IMG/VR virus record: IMGVR_UViG_3300018077_000003
Origin: a virus
DNA: 41,854 bases
Strand: one strand, 5' to 3'
Below the pieces are notes generated by a model, which worked only from the letters and a program-made list of their open reading frames with translations, did no database searches and was not told the origin of the DNA. Position 1 is the stretch's first letter. Each line of letters opens with the position of its first letter. The translations under genes were made by a program, and so were the position numbers. Below, one piece after another: positions 8,543 through 17,465 of the stretch.

Positions 8543-8724
8543 TGGCTGAATCGGCAGCGAAGGTATTGAGTCAGCAAAAAGGCCCCACGGCCACCGAGAT
8601 CTTGGCCAAGGACTCGATGCTGTCGGGCAAGAAGCGTCTGGCCTTCACCAATTACGCCGAAGGGGGCGGCAGGAAGACCTATGCCGACTGGCTCAAGGCC
8701 GGGGAGCCCGAGGTAGATAAATAA
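8539..8724 (+). CDS. Hypothetical protein (61 aa)
   Basis: ATGA coupling to the portal gene. High GC3. Confidence 0.55.
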   Translation: MMAESAAKVLSQQKGPTATEILAKDSMLSGKKRLAFTNYAEGGGRKTYADWLKAGEPEVDK

Positions 8725-9020
8725 TGGGCGCGCTGGACGGCATCCGTAAGGTCGTATTCCGTAAGCGCGCGGCATACCGGGCCGTATTCAAGCCCGGGGG
8801 TGACGTGTCGCCGGGGACCCACATCGTGCTTACCGATTTGCGGCGCTTTTGCCGGGCGACTCGCTCCACGACCATGATTTCATTGGTCACCATGTCCGTT
8901 GACCCGCTTGCGAGCGCCCAGGCGGAAGGGCGGCGAGAAGTTTGGCTCCGCATCCAGAATATGTTGAACCTCGATGATCAAGATGTAGCCCGCTTGATCG
9001 ACGATGGAGACGCCGAGTAG
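8724..9020 (+). CDS. Small protein resembling the Bbp19 family of BPP-1-like phages
   Basis: 98 aa. VLTDLRRFC...AEGRREVWLRIQNMLNL pattern recalled from Bbp19-like domains. Lies between portal and scaffold. Confidence 0.4.
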   Translation: MGALDGIRKVVFRKRAAYRAVFKPGGDVSPGTHIVLTDLRRFCRATRSTTMISLVTMSVDPLASAQAEGRREVWLRIQNMLNLDDQDVARLIDDGDAE

Positions 9021-9042
9021 TTAACTTTTAATGGAGTAAATC

Positions 9043-9891
9043 ATGCCTGATATTAAGGTTGAAACTTCTCCGACTGCCGCTGCCGCTGCCGCGGTATCCG
9101 ATCCGAATGTCCCATGGCATGCCGGGTTCGAGAACAAAGATGTTGCGGGCTGGGTCGCATCGTTCGGAGACGCGTACAAGACGCCCGAGTCGATGGCGGT
9201 CAAGGCTTACAACCTGGAGAAGCTTCTGGGTGCCGATAAGGCGGGCCGGGCGATCGTTCCACCCAAGGCCGATGCCAAGCCGGAAGAGATCACGGCTTTT
9301 TATCGAAAACATTTAGGTGCTCCGGAAAAGATCGATGGCTATCCGATCCCCAAGGAGCGCGCCGAGGACAAGAACTTCCAGGCATTCAGGGAATTCGCGC
9401 ATTCCATCGGCATGCCCGCGTCCCAATACAATGCCATGGTGGCCTGGACCAATGAGCAGGCGGCAAAGCGTGATCAGACCTTCGAGTCCGTGCAGGAAGC
9501 CCAGGCCAACAAGGAAATGGGCGAGGTCGTGGTCGAGTGGGGCACCGATTATGACCAGAAGACCGAGCTAGGTCGCCGCGCGGCCCGGTCCTTGATCCCT
9601 CACGAGACGCCCGACGAGTTGGAAGAAATCCTGGGCACCATGGAGGGGGCGCTGGGCACCAAGTTCACGATGAATTTGTGGGCAGCCATCGGCGCGGGCA
9701 TGGGCGAGCATGCCTTTGTCCAGGGAAGCGGGGGCGGTGGGGGCGGGGGCATGACGCCCGAGGCCGCGCGGCTGCGGATCAACGAGCTTAAAGGTGATAA
9801 GGAATGGGGCAAGAAATTCATGAACGGCGACACCGAAGCCCGGGCCGAGTGGGATAAGCTCCATAAGGTCGCGAATATCGTCCCGGCCTGA
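9043..9891 (+). CDS. Scaffolding protein (putative)
   Basis: 282 aa, acidic and helical with a GSGGGGGGG run. Positioned between portal and capsid. Confidence 0.6.
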   Translation: MPDIKVETSPTAAAAAAVSDPNVPWHAGFENKDVAGWVASFGDAYKTPESMAVKAYNLEKLLGADKAGRAIVPPKADAKPEEITAFYRKHLGAPEKIDGYPIPKERAEDKNFQAFREFAHSIGMPASQYNAMVAWTNEQAAKRDQTFESVQEAQANKEMGEVVVEWGTDYDQKTELGRRAARSLIPHETPDELEEILGTMEGALGTKFTMNLWAAIGAGMGEHAFVQGSGGGGGGGMTPEAARLRINELKGDKEWGKKFMNGDTEARAEWDKLHKVANIVPA

Positions 9892-9898
9892 TGGGGGC

Positions 9899-9927
9899 TT
9901 GACACGGGCTCACGCCTGTGCTATGAT
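9899..9927 (+). promoter_or_regulatory. Sigma70-type promoter (second copy of the 326-357 cassette)
   Basis: TTGACA (9899-9904), 17-bp spacer, TATGAT (9922-9927) with an upstream TG. 30/32 identity with 326-357. Confidence 0.7.
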
Positions 9928-9950
9928 CCGGGTCGCATACGACCGCGCCC

Positions 9951-10337
9951 ATGCCCATGATCAGACGACGCCAGAGCCAAATGACCGATGCCGAACGGTC
10001 TTTGGCCCTGGCTCGTAAGGCCAGATACTTTAAGACCCCAAAGGGTCGGGCGGCAAGGAATGGTGTTGTAAGAAAGGTTAAGGTACAAGTTTTTGATCAT
10101 TACGGGCATAGGTGCGTGTGGTGTGGATTTGATGACATGAGGACTTTGACCATTGATCACGTTAACCAAGATGGGCATAAGCATAGAATGCCATCTGGAA
10201 GACGGTACACTGGTTATCATCTTTATGGGTGGCTCAAGGCCAATGGGTGGCCAAAAGGATTTAGAACCTTGTGTCGTAATTGTCAGGCCATAGCGCATGA
10301 CAATTATGAGAGAAAACAGGCACTCTTAGTTCAATAG
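9951..10337 (+). CDS. HNH homing-type endonuclease
   Basis: CVWCG...DHVNQDG...LCRNCQAIAH. Visibly lower G+C than its neighbours. Paralogue of 32803-33267. Confidence 0.85.
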   Translation: MPMIRRRQSQMTDAERSLALARKARYFKTPKGRAARNGVVRKVKVQVFDHYGHRCVWCGFDDMRTLTIDHVNQDGHKHRMPSGRRYTGYHLYGWLKANGWPKGFRTLCRNCQAIAHDNYERKQALLVQ

Positions 10338-10451
10338 GACCTGTTTGACGGCTCAGGAAAGACTGAGCACCGGCGGTGTAAGCCGCAAGTAGGGGTCCGG
10401 GCAACCGGGACACTCCAACGAAATGGTTAACATTTTGAAGGAGTAGCTGGA

Positions 10452-11342
10452 ATGTCTCAGCAGATCCCGACCCATTACGCTCAGATGTATGCTTCGACCA
10501 TCGAGCTTTTGCTGCAACAGCGGGGGTCCAAGCTGCGGGATACGGTCAGCTTCCAGGGTATTCGCGGCGCGAAGGCCGCAACCCCGGTGGAGCAGATCGG
10601 GCCCGTGGCCGCAACCAAGCGCACCACGCGCTACCCGCCGCTCACCCCGGTCGATACCCCGCACGCGCGGCCCTGGGTCTTTCCTGCCGATTACGACTGG
10701 AATGACCTGATCGATTCCATCGACAAGCTGCGCACGGTCGTCGACCCGCAATCCTCGTACGCTCAGAATGGTACTTACGCCATGGGGCGGGCTCAAGATG
10801 ACGAACTCATCCAGTCCTTCTTTGGCGACCGGAAGACGGGCGAGGATGGCGCAACTGTCACCACGTTCCCCGCCAGTCAGCAGGTCGCCGTCAATTTTGG
10901 CGCGGCCGGCAGCGTCGGATTGACCGTGGCGAAGCTTCGGGAAGCGCGGCGTCTCCTCATGGCCGCGGAAGTCGACTTCGAGGCGGATCCCCTTACTCTG
11001 GGGGTTACTGCCAAGCAGCACGACAATCTGCTCGCGGAAATGCAGGTCATCAGCACGGATTTCAATGAAAAGCCGGTGCTGGTCGAGGGAATGGTCACCC
11101 GCTTCCTGGGGTTCAACTTCAAGCAGACGGAGCGTCTTCAGACCAACGCCTCCGCGTTCCGCCGCTGCCCGGCCTATGCCAAGTCGGGTGTGTGCCTGGG
11201 CATGTGGAACGATATCACGACGGACATTTCTCAACGGAAGGACCTCGCAGGATTGCCGTGGCAGGTTTACGTGTTCGGCACGTTCGGCGCGACCCGGAAG
11301 GAAGAGAAGAAGGTCGTCGAGATCATCTGCTCCGAAGTCTAA
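10452..11342 (+). CDS. Major capsid protein
   Basis: 296 aa, after the scaffold gene, with RBS GAAGGAG. Followed by a small beta-rich protein and a strong terminator. Confidence 0.75.
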   Translation: MSQQIPTHYAQMYASTIELLLQQRGSKLRDTVSFQGIRGAKAATPVEQIGPVAATKRTTRYPPLTPVDTPHARPWVFPADYDWNDLIDSIDKLRTVVDPQSSYAQNGTYAMGRAQDDELIQSFFGDRKTGEDGATVTTFPASQQVAVNFGAAGSVGLTVAKLREARRLLMAAEVDFEADPLTLGVTAKQHDNLLAEMQVISTDFNEKPVLVEGMVTRFLGFNFKQTERLQTNASAFRRCPAYAKSGVCLGMWNDITTDISQRKDLAGLPWQVYVFGTFGATRKEEKKVVEIICSEV

Positions 11343-11369
11343 TCCGGCTGACGCGAAAGGAGATACATC

Positions 11370-11876
11370 ATGGCAGTTGTAGCACTCAAAAGCACTCCGC
11401 TCACGAACGCCGACTCGACGCCAGTGAAGCTGAACCGTGCCGACGTGGCCCGGGCCCGGAGGCTTCATAATCGGGGCGTGGTCACGACCGGCGCTGCCGA
11501 CTCCATCGGCTCGACGTACCGTTTCACCCGCATCAAATCCTCGGATATGATTCTTTCTGTCCTGTTGGACAACGATGCGATCGCGACGGCCCCGACGATG
11601 GATATCGGCTTGTACAGGACGACCAGGGACGGTGGCGCGGTGGTCAATGCGACCCTATTCGCGTCGGCGGTGGCATTGGCGGCGGCCCAGGCGTCGCTGA
11701 ACGTGACGCGGGAATCTCTCGTCATCACGGTCGCCAACATGGAGAAGCGGGTATGGGAGCTTCTCGCGTTGACGGAAGATCCGTTGCTCGAGTACGACGT
11801 GACCGGCACCCTTGTCGCCGCCACCACGGCGGTCGGGTCGATCGCCGTTGCGGTGGATGTGGTCGGCGGAAGCTGA
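11370..11876 (+). CDS. Capsid decoration / cement protein (putative)
   Basis: 168 aa, Ala/Val/Thr-rich. Sits directly after the MCP, as in BPP-1-like phages. RBS AAAGGAG. Confidence 0.5.
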   Translation: MAVVALKSTPLTNADSTPVKLNRADVARARRLHNRGVVTTGAADSIGSTYRFTRIKSSDMILSVLLDNDAIATAPTMDIGLYRTTRDGGAVVNATLFASAVALAAAQASLNVTRESLVITVANMEKRVWELLALTEDPLLEYDVTGTLVAATTAVGSIAVAVDVVGGS

Positions 11877-11894
11877 TCGAAAGTGCGTAGTGAT

Positions 11895-11930
11895 GCGGCC
11901 CCGGGTCGATTCCCGGGGCCGTTCTTTTTT
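11895..11930 (+). terminator. Rho-independent terminator after the capsid genes
   Basis: GCGGCCCCGGG-tcgatt-CCCGGGGCCG stem followed by TTCTTTTTT. Confidence 0.85.
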
Positions 11931-11944
11931 GAAGGAGAGCAGCA

Positions 11945-12139
11945 ATGGCGACCCGACGTTATGGTTTGTCCCGTGCCGAAACCGATCAGCAAGTGACCGA
12001 GGCCGTCGGCGCGGCGATCGTTACCGATTCCATGGAGTTCACGTTCGATCTGGCCGTGAGCTTGACCCGCGAGGACGTGTTGCTGGCCCTGGAGAAGTTC
12101 AAGTCTCACATCCTTAAGGGCAGCTTTCCGCCGGCCTGA
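11945..12139 (+). CDS. Hypothetical protein (64 aa)
   Basis: GAAGGAGAG RBS. High GC3. Confidence 0.6.
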   Translation: MATRRYGLSRAETDQQVTEAVGAAIVTDSMEFTFDLAVSLTREDVLLALEKFKSHILKGSFPPA

Positions 12140-12150
12140 TGGAGTAGGCC

Positions 12151-12750
12151 GTGGCCTCTGAAGTAGATATTGCTAACCTTGCGCTTACGCTCCTCGGCGA
12201 GGAGCGGATCATGGCGCTGTCCGATGACATAAAGCCTGCACGCGAGGCCGCTGCTGTTTTCGCTTTGGCCCGTGACTCGATGCAGGGGGCCTGGACCTGG
12301 AGCTTCACGAAGAAGCGTTCGGTGTTGCCCAAGCTGTCGTCCACGCCCGTCGGGCCTTATAGCCTCGAATTTCAACTCCCCAACGAGGCCCTGCGGATCA
12401 TTCAAGTTGGTCAACATTACGTCGGGGTGGATTTGACCAATTACCGGGGATTCCCGGTTGAGGAATTTTCGATCGAGGGGCGTCGCATCCTGACCAATAT
12501 CAGTGATCCCCTTGACCTGCTGTTTTGCCAGCGGGTAACGGACACCACGCAATTCCCTTCCACGTTCATTACCGCGTTTGCGGGCGAATTGGCGGCGATG
12601 CTGGCGGAGCCTCTCACCCAATCCGATACCAAGCGTGACCGGGCCGAGAAATACCGGGACCGGCAAATAAAGTTGGCGATCAGGGCGAATGCCATCGAGC
12701 TATCGCCGGTATTGTTGGCGGACGACAGTTGGATCTTGTCGAGGCGATGA
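12151..12750 (+). CDS. Tail tubular protein A / adaptor (T7 gp11-like)
   Basis: GTG start after GGAGTAGG. N-terminal IANLALTLLGEERI...AREAAAVFALARDSMQGAWTWSF matches the gp11-type pattern. Confidence 0.65.
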   Translation: MASEVDIANLALTLLGEERIMALSDDIKPAREAAAVFALARDSMQGAWTWSFTKKRSVLPKLSSTPVGPYSLEFQLPNEALRIIQVGQHYVGVDLTNYRGFPVEEFSIEGRRILTNISDPLDLLFCQRVTDTTQFPSTFITAFAGELAAMLAEPLTQSDTKRDRAEKYRDRQIKLAIRANAIELSPVLLADDSWILSRR

Positions 12751-15312
12751 GTGAGCAAAGCCAGCCCCATTATAACCTCCTGCAATTCGGGGGAGTTTTC
12801 CCCGCTCCTGGCCGGGCGGACGGATATAAAGTATTGGGGCAACGCGTGCCGCCGGCTTCGTAATTTCATCCCCATGCCGCAGGGCCCGGGTCGCCGCCGG
12901 CCGGGCACGCGGTTCGTAGCAGAAGTCAAGAATTCGGCCCATCGCACGTGGCTGGCATCGTTCGAGTTCAGTGCTGATCAAGCCTATGTCCTTGAAATCG
13001 GGGACCGATACATCCGCTTCTACGCCAGTCATGGTGTGGTGCAAACTTCACCGGGCAGTGGCATTCCATTCGAGGTTTCTACCCCATGGCTGATTGACGA
13101 TTTGACGGGGGTTGATGGCACCCTGCAACTTCGCGTGGTGCAATCGGGCGATGTGATGTATCTCGTGCATAATGATGTGCAGCCCCAGAAATTGGAACGG
13201 CTGGCGGCGGCATTGTTCACCCTCACTCCACTTGATTTAGAAGGCGGGCCATTCAAGGATGTGGACCTGACGCAAACGATCACGGTTTGGGCGAGCGCCG
13301 CAACCGGTAACATCACGCTCAATGCGTCTTCATCCATCTTTAACGATGCCCGGATGGTGGGCATGTTGTTCCTGCTCGAGCAGCGCGCGGCGGATGCCGT
13401 GCTCGCGTGGGAGGCGGGGAAGGCGGTAACTGTCAACGATATCCGCCAATCGGATGGCAAGAATTATAAAGCCCTGCAGACCGGGACCACCGGCACGATC
13501 AAGCCCACGCATACGTCCGGGGCAAAGTTTGATGGCGCGGCAGTTCAATGGGAATTTCAGGACCCGGGTTATGGCTGGTGCAAGATCACGGATATCACGG
13601 GCCTTACCGCCACCGCTACCGTCCTGTCGCGTTTTCCGGCCCAGGCCGTGGGCGCGCCGCAAGCTTCCACTCGCTGGGCATTTGGGGCATTTTCAAATGT
13701 TGTGGTGCCCATTGTTGGATTGTCCGAGGAAAATGGCCCCGGGCTGGGGTGGCCGGATTCCGTGACGTTTTTCCGTGAGCGGTTGGTACTTGCCAAAGAT
13801 CGGTCGATCTATACATCTAAGAGCGGAGATTTTGAAAACTTTAACCGGAAGGATGATGGCGGACAGATCGTGGCCGATGGCGCGATCATCGTCGATACGA
13901 CTTCTGACCGGGCAGACCGGATCGAGTGGATCTCGCCCACCGATAAGGGCTTGTTGGTCGGAACGGCGGGCGATGAGCAAGTGCTTACCGAGATCACTAC
14001 GTCCGAGCCATTTGGCCCAAAGAATGCATTCTTGAGGAAGCAGACCGGGCATGGATCGCGGCATGTACAACCGGTCCGGGTCGGGGATGGAGTGATATTT
14101 GTCCAAAAGGCGGGGCGCAAGATTCGTGACATTCGCTTCCAATTCGAGCGCGATGCGCAGAGCACCACGGACCTGACGGTCCTCGCCGAACATGTCCCTA
14201 AGGGCGGGGTTATCGACATGATTTATCAGCAGGAGCCCGATTCCGTGGTTTGGATGGCGCGGAAGGATGGGGCATTGCTGGGATTCACGCTCAATCGTGA
14301 GCAGGACGTTCGCGGTTGGCACCCGCATCGAATCGGGGGCTTTGCGGACGTGGCCAAGAAGCAATTCGCCAAGGTCGAGGCCATTACCGTGGTCCCGTCG
14401 CCCGATGGCGAGCGCGATGATCTTTGGATGATCGTCCAACGCACAGTCAACGGGGTGACGCGGCGTTATGTCGAATTCATGGAGAAATACCATGAAGAGG
14501 GGGACGATCAGCAGGATGCCTTCTACGTGGACTCGGGCCTAACGCTCGATAACCTTCAGACCATGACATTGCAACCCGGCACCGGGGCCAATGTCGAGGA
14601 TGCCGTTAACGTGGTGTTCATTGCCGGGGCGTCGGTATTTGCGGGCGGGGACGTCGGGAAATTTATTCATTTCCGGCACACTACTATCAGCATCACTGGA
14701 AAGATCACCTATAAGCTGGCCGTGGCCGAGATCACGGCCTTTGATTCGGTGGTGCAGGTGAAGTGTACCATTAATGAACCGTTCCCCAACCTGGATCTCA
14801 TCCTGTCGAGCGGGTGGCGGATGACCGTAACCGTGATATCGGGCCTTGGGCATCTGGCCGGGGAAACCGTGGCGATATGGGCGGACGGGGCGGTGCAGCC
14901 ATCGAAGGTGGTCAGTGGCGGTGGAACGATTACGTTTTCTACCCCGGCCAGTAAAGCGCAGGTCGGGTTGGGCGGGTCAGCCGTCATGCAACCCATGCCG
15001 ATAGATGCGGGGGCGGAGGATGGAGGCACGGCGCAGGGCAAGACGATGCGGGCCCATAAGGTTACGATCCGGTTCAATGAAACCATCGGCGTTAAATTCG
15101 GGACCGATGAGGATAAGAAATTGGATGAAATAACGTATCGGAAACCCACGGACCTGATGGATATCGCGGTACCGTTGTTCACGGGTGATAAGCTGGTGTC
15201 GTGGCCGGAGGGGTATGAGGGCCAGTTGCTAATCACCATTGTGCAGGATCAGCCTGCCCCGTGCACGGTGGTTGCCATCATGCCGCACATGGTTACTTAT
15301 GGTGCTCGATGA
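12751..15312 (+). CDS. Tail tubular protein B / nozzle (T7 gp12-like)
   Basis: 853 aa, immediately after the gp11-like gene. Assigned by size and order. Confidence 0.6.
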   Translation: MSKASPIITSCNSGEFSPLLAGRTDIKYWGNACRRLRNFIPMPQGPGRRRPGTRFVAEVKNSAHRTWLASFEFSADQAYVLEIGDRYIRFYASHGVVQTSPGSGIPFEVSTPWLIDDLTGVDGTLQLRVVQSGDVMYLVHNDVQPQKLERLAAALFTLTPLDLEGGPFKDVDLTQTITVWASAATGNITLNASSSIFNDARMVGMLFLLEQRAADAVLAWEAGKAVTVNDIRQSDGKNYKALQTGTTGTIKPTHTSGAKFDGAAVQWEFQDPGYGWCKITDITGLTATATVLSRFPAQAVGAPQASTRWAFGAFSNVVVPIVGLSEENGPGLGWPDSVTFFRERLVLAKDRSIYTSKSGDFENFNRKDDGGQIVADGAIIVDTTSDRADRIEWISPTDKGLLVGTAGDEQVLTEITTSEPFGPKNAFLRKQTGHGSRHVQPVRVGDGVIFVQKAGRKIRDIRFQFERDAQSTTDLTVLAEHVPKGGVIDMIYQQEPDSVVWMARKDGALLGFTLNREQDVRGWHPHRIGGFADVAKKQFAKVEAITVVPSPDGERDDLWMIVQRTVNGVTRRYVEFMEKYHEEGDDQQDAFYVDSGLTLDNLQTMTLQPGTGANVEDAVNVVFIAGASVFAGGDVGKFIHFRHTTISITGKITYKLAVAEITAFDSVVQVKCTINEPFPNLDLILSSGWRMTVTVISGLGHLAGETVAIWADGAVQPSKVVSGGGTITFSTPASKAQVGLGGSAVMQPMPIDAGAEDGGTAQGKTMRAHKVTIRFNETIGVKFGTDEDKKLDEITYRKPTDLMDIAVPLFTGDKLVSWPEGYEGQLLITIVQDQPAPCTVVAIMPHMVTYGAR

Positions 15313-15806
15313 AGTCACTGCATAGACAACGCGGCTGGTTCTGGATTATTCCACTTGCGATGGCGGCGGTGAGTGCTATTGCCGGCGCCAAGGAAAAGAA
15401 GAAAAAGGCGAAGGCCGAAGCCGCCGCGATGCAATATGATGCATTGCAGCGTCAGCAGGAATCCGAGGCCACGTTAGCGACGTACAATCTCCGTGAGGAA
15501 TCGCAGCGGCGGCGGGCGCGGCGGGTGCAGGGCAACTTGCGCGCCGGCTTGGCGGAATCGGGCATCGGGTATGGGCGGGGCACCGCGCTCGATGTCGAAA
15601 TGGAATCGGCGGTGGAGTCGGAAATGGATGCTCTGAACATCCGGTACGAGGGCAATTTGAAGGCGCGCGGGTTGTTGGCCGAATCCGAGCAACAATTTGC
15701 GGCGCGGCGGGAACATCTACGTGGGGCCAGGGCTTCCGAACGTGCGGGGTACTTGAGTGCCGCCGGCACGGTGCTCGGGGGCGTTGGACAATATTTGGGC
15801 AGTTAG
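15309..15806 (+). CDS. Internal virion protein with N-terminal TM segment
   Basis: ATGA coupling at 15309. WFWIIPLAMAAVSAIAGA TM segment followed by a charged helical region. Confidence 0.55.
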   Translation: MKSLHRQRGWFWIIPLAMAAVSAIAGAKEKKKKAKAEAAAMQYDALQRQQESEATLATYNLREESQRRRARRVQGNLRAGLAESGIGYGRGTALDVEMESAVESEMDALNIRYEGNLKARGLLAESEQQFAARREHLRGARASERAGYLSAAGTVLGGVGQYLGS

Positions 15807-15848
15807 GGCGGGGGCGGCGGGGCCTTGGCCGGATCGACGGGATAGAAG

Positions 15849-17465
15849 ATGGCGCGCATCACCGAGTACACTCAGCAAACGCAGACCCCGGATATTCCAC
15901 GTAGACGGGATGCCCCTGTCTTATATTCACCGGGGGTCCTGGCACAAGCCGCCCCGGATCTTACTCGGGGCGCCGCCATGCTGGCGGAAGGGCTCGAGAG
16001 GCGCGAGGAGCGGGAAGCCGCCGCATGGGCCGCGCAGGAAATGTCCGGGGCGCGTTTGCATTGGACCGTGCAAATGGTCGAGCGCCAGAGCGCGGCTGAG
16101 CCGGGTGCTCCCGATTTTACAGCGGGGGTGATGAAAGATTTTGACGCGTACGCCGAGGAACGCCTCAAAAAGGCTCCGTCCAAGCGGGCGCAGATGGCGG
16201 TCGGAGGCAAGTTTCTACAGTACAAATCTACGCTGGCCGAGGGGGCAGTCGGATTTGAGGCCAAGGCCCGGGTCGATTTGCAAGAGGACCAGTTCAAAGT
16301 TGGCATGAACAATGTGGCCAACCTGATGCAAGCTGACCCCAATCAATATCGGGATGCCCTGGCCGAGCAACTTTCTGCCATTGACGCGGCCCCCATTCCC
16401 CCGGTGCGGCGCTCGGCCCTTCGTGAAACCGCGGTGAATAAGGTATCCGAGGCCGCTGTCTGGGCGCAAATCCAGAAGAGCCCGGGCCTGTTTCTGCAGA
16501 GCATCGGCATGACGCCGCAAGAAGGCGGCAAGCAGCGGATCGCCCCCGATATGAAGGGCGTGACGGGGAACGCGGCGTTTGACGCCCTGCTCCCGGAGAA
16601 GCGGATTAAGTTCGTAGAGACGGCGTTCGCGGTCAAGGCTAATTTGGACCGGGACGAAGAGAAATCTACCAAAGCACGGGCGGATCAGCTTTCTTCGGAC
16701 GGGTTGAAATTGGCATGGGACATGGAGAAGGAAGGCAAGTTGTCCCGTACCTATGTGGAAATGCTCAGGCCCATGGTCAGTCAGGGCGAGTATCACACGC
16801 TGTTGAACGCGCTGGAACGTTCACAGCGCGGCGAGCCGGAGCGCGATGATCCGGAGGCCGTGCGCCAGTTGCTTAATACTTTGTACGGGCCGACCCCGGA
16901 AGCGACGCACGGCCTTGCAATGCGATTCAGTCAATCGAGGCTGATTAAGAATGACACGCTCACGTCCATGCGCAGCCATGCGCGCTCGATCTCGCGGACC
17001 GAAGGGCCCAAGTCCGATTACGAACGGGGGCGTGCTTATGTCCATGATTCGCTTGATCCGGGGCCGATGGTTCCTGATCCGGCGGGCCGTCGCCGTTTGG
17101 CCGAGGCTCTGGATACTTTCGACCGTTGGCACAACGCCCAGGCTCGTACCGATAAGGAAATCGAGACGCGGGCAAAAGAAGTCGTGGATCAGTATGTGTT
17201 TATCGATTTCCGCGAATCCGTGCTGATGTTGCCGCAGCCCCGGTATTCGACGGTTCGCCGTGATTTCAGTGATTTTCAAGCCACGGGCAAGGAAATTTCG
17301 CGTGCGATCGACCATGCCAAGGACCGACGCGATAAGGGCGAGATCACGCCGGGGGATTATAATGAAGAAATGCGAATCCTGAACCGGTGGATTAAGACTT
17401 ATGAAGAGGCCAAGAGACAAAATGCCGAAGCGGAAGCCAGAAAAGCCGAGCGGAAGCGCCGCTAA
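15849..17465 (+). CDS. Internal virion / ejection protein (gp15-like by position)
   Basis: 538 aa, helical. Assigned by order in a T7-like module. Confidence 0.5.
   Translation: MARITEYTQQTQTPDIPRRRDAPVLYSPGVLAQAAPDLTRGAAMLAEGLERREEREAAAWAAQEMSGARLHWTVQMVERQSAAEPGAPDFTAGVMKDFDAYAEERLKKAPSKRAQMAVGGKFLQYKSTLAEGAVGFEAKARVDLQEDQFKVGMNNVANLMQADPNQYRDALAEQLSAIDAAPIPPVRRSALRETAVNKVSEAAVWAQIQKSPGLFLQSIGMTPQEGGKQRIAPDMKGVTGNAAFDALLPEKRIKFVETAFAVKANLDRDEEKSTKARADQLSSDGLKLAWDMEKEGKLSRTYVEMLRPMVSQGEYHTLLNALERSQRGEPERDDPEAVRQLLNTLYGPTPEATHGLAMRFSQSRLIKNDTLTSMRSHARSISRTEGPKSDYERGRAYVHDSLDPGPMVPDPAGRRRLAEALDTFDRWHNAQARTDKEIETRAKEVVDQYVFIDFRESVLMLPQPRYSTVRRDFSDFQATGKEISRAIDHAKDRRDKGEITPGDYNEEMRILNRWIKTYEEAKRQNAEAEARKAERKRR

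Noticed and set aside
10338-10451. Structured element or terminator in the 114-nt leader of the capsid gene (hairpin CTCAG-gaaaga-CTGAG).
   Set aside because: The stems are only 4-5 bp and lack a U tract. Insufficient evidence for a specific function.
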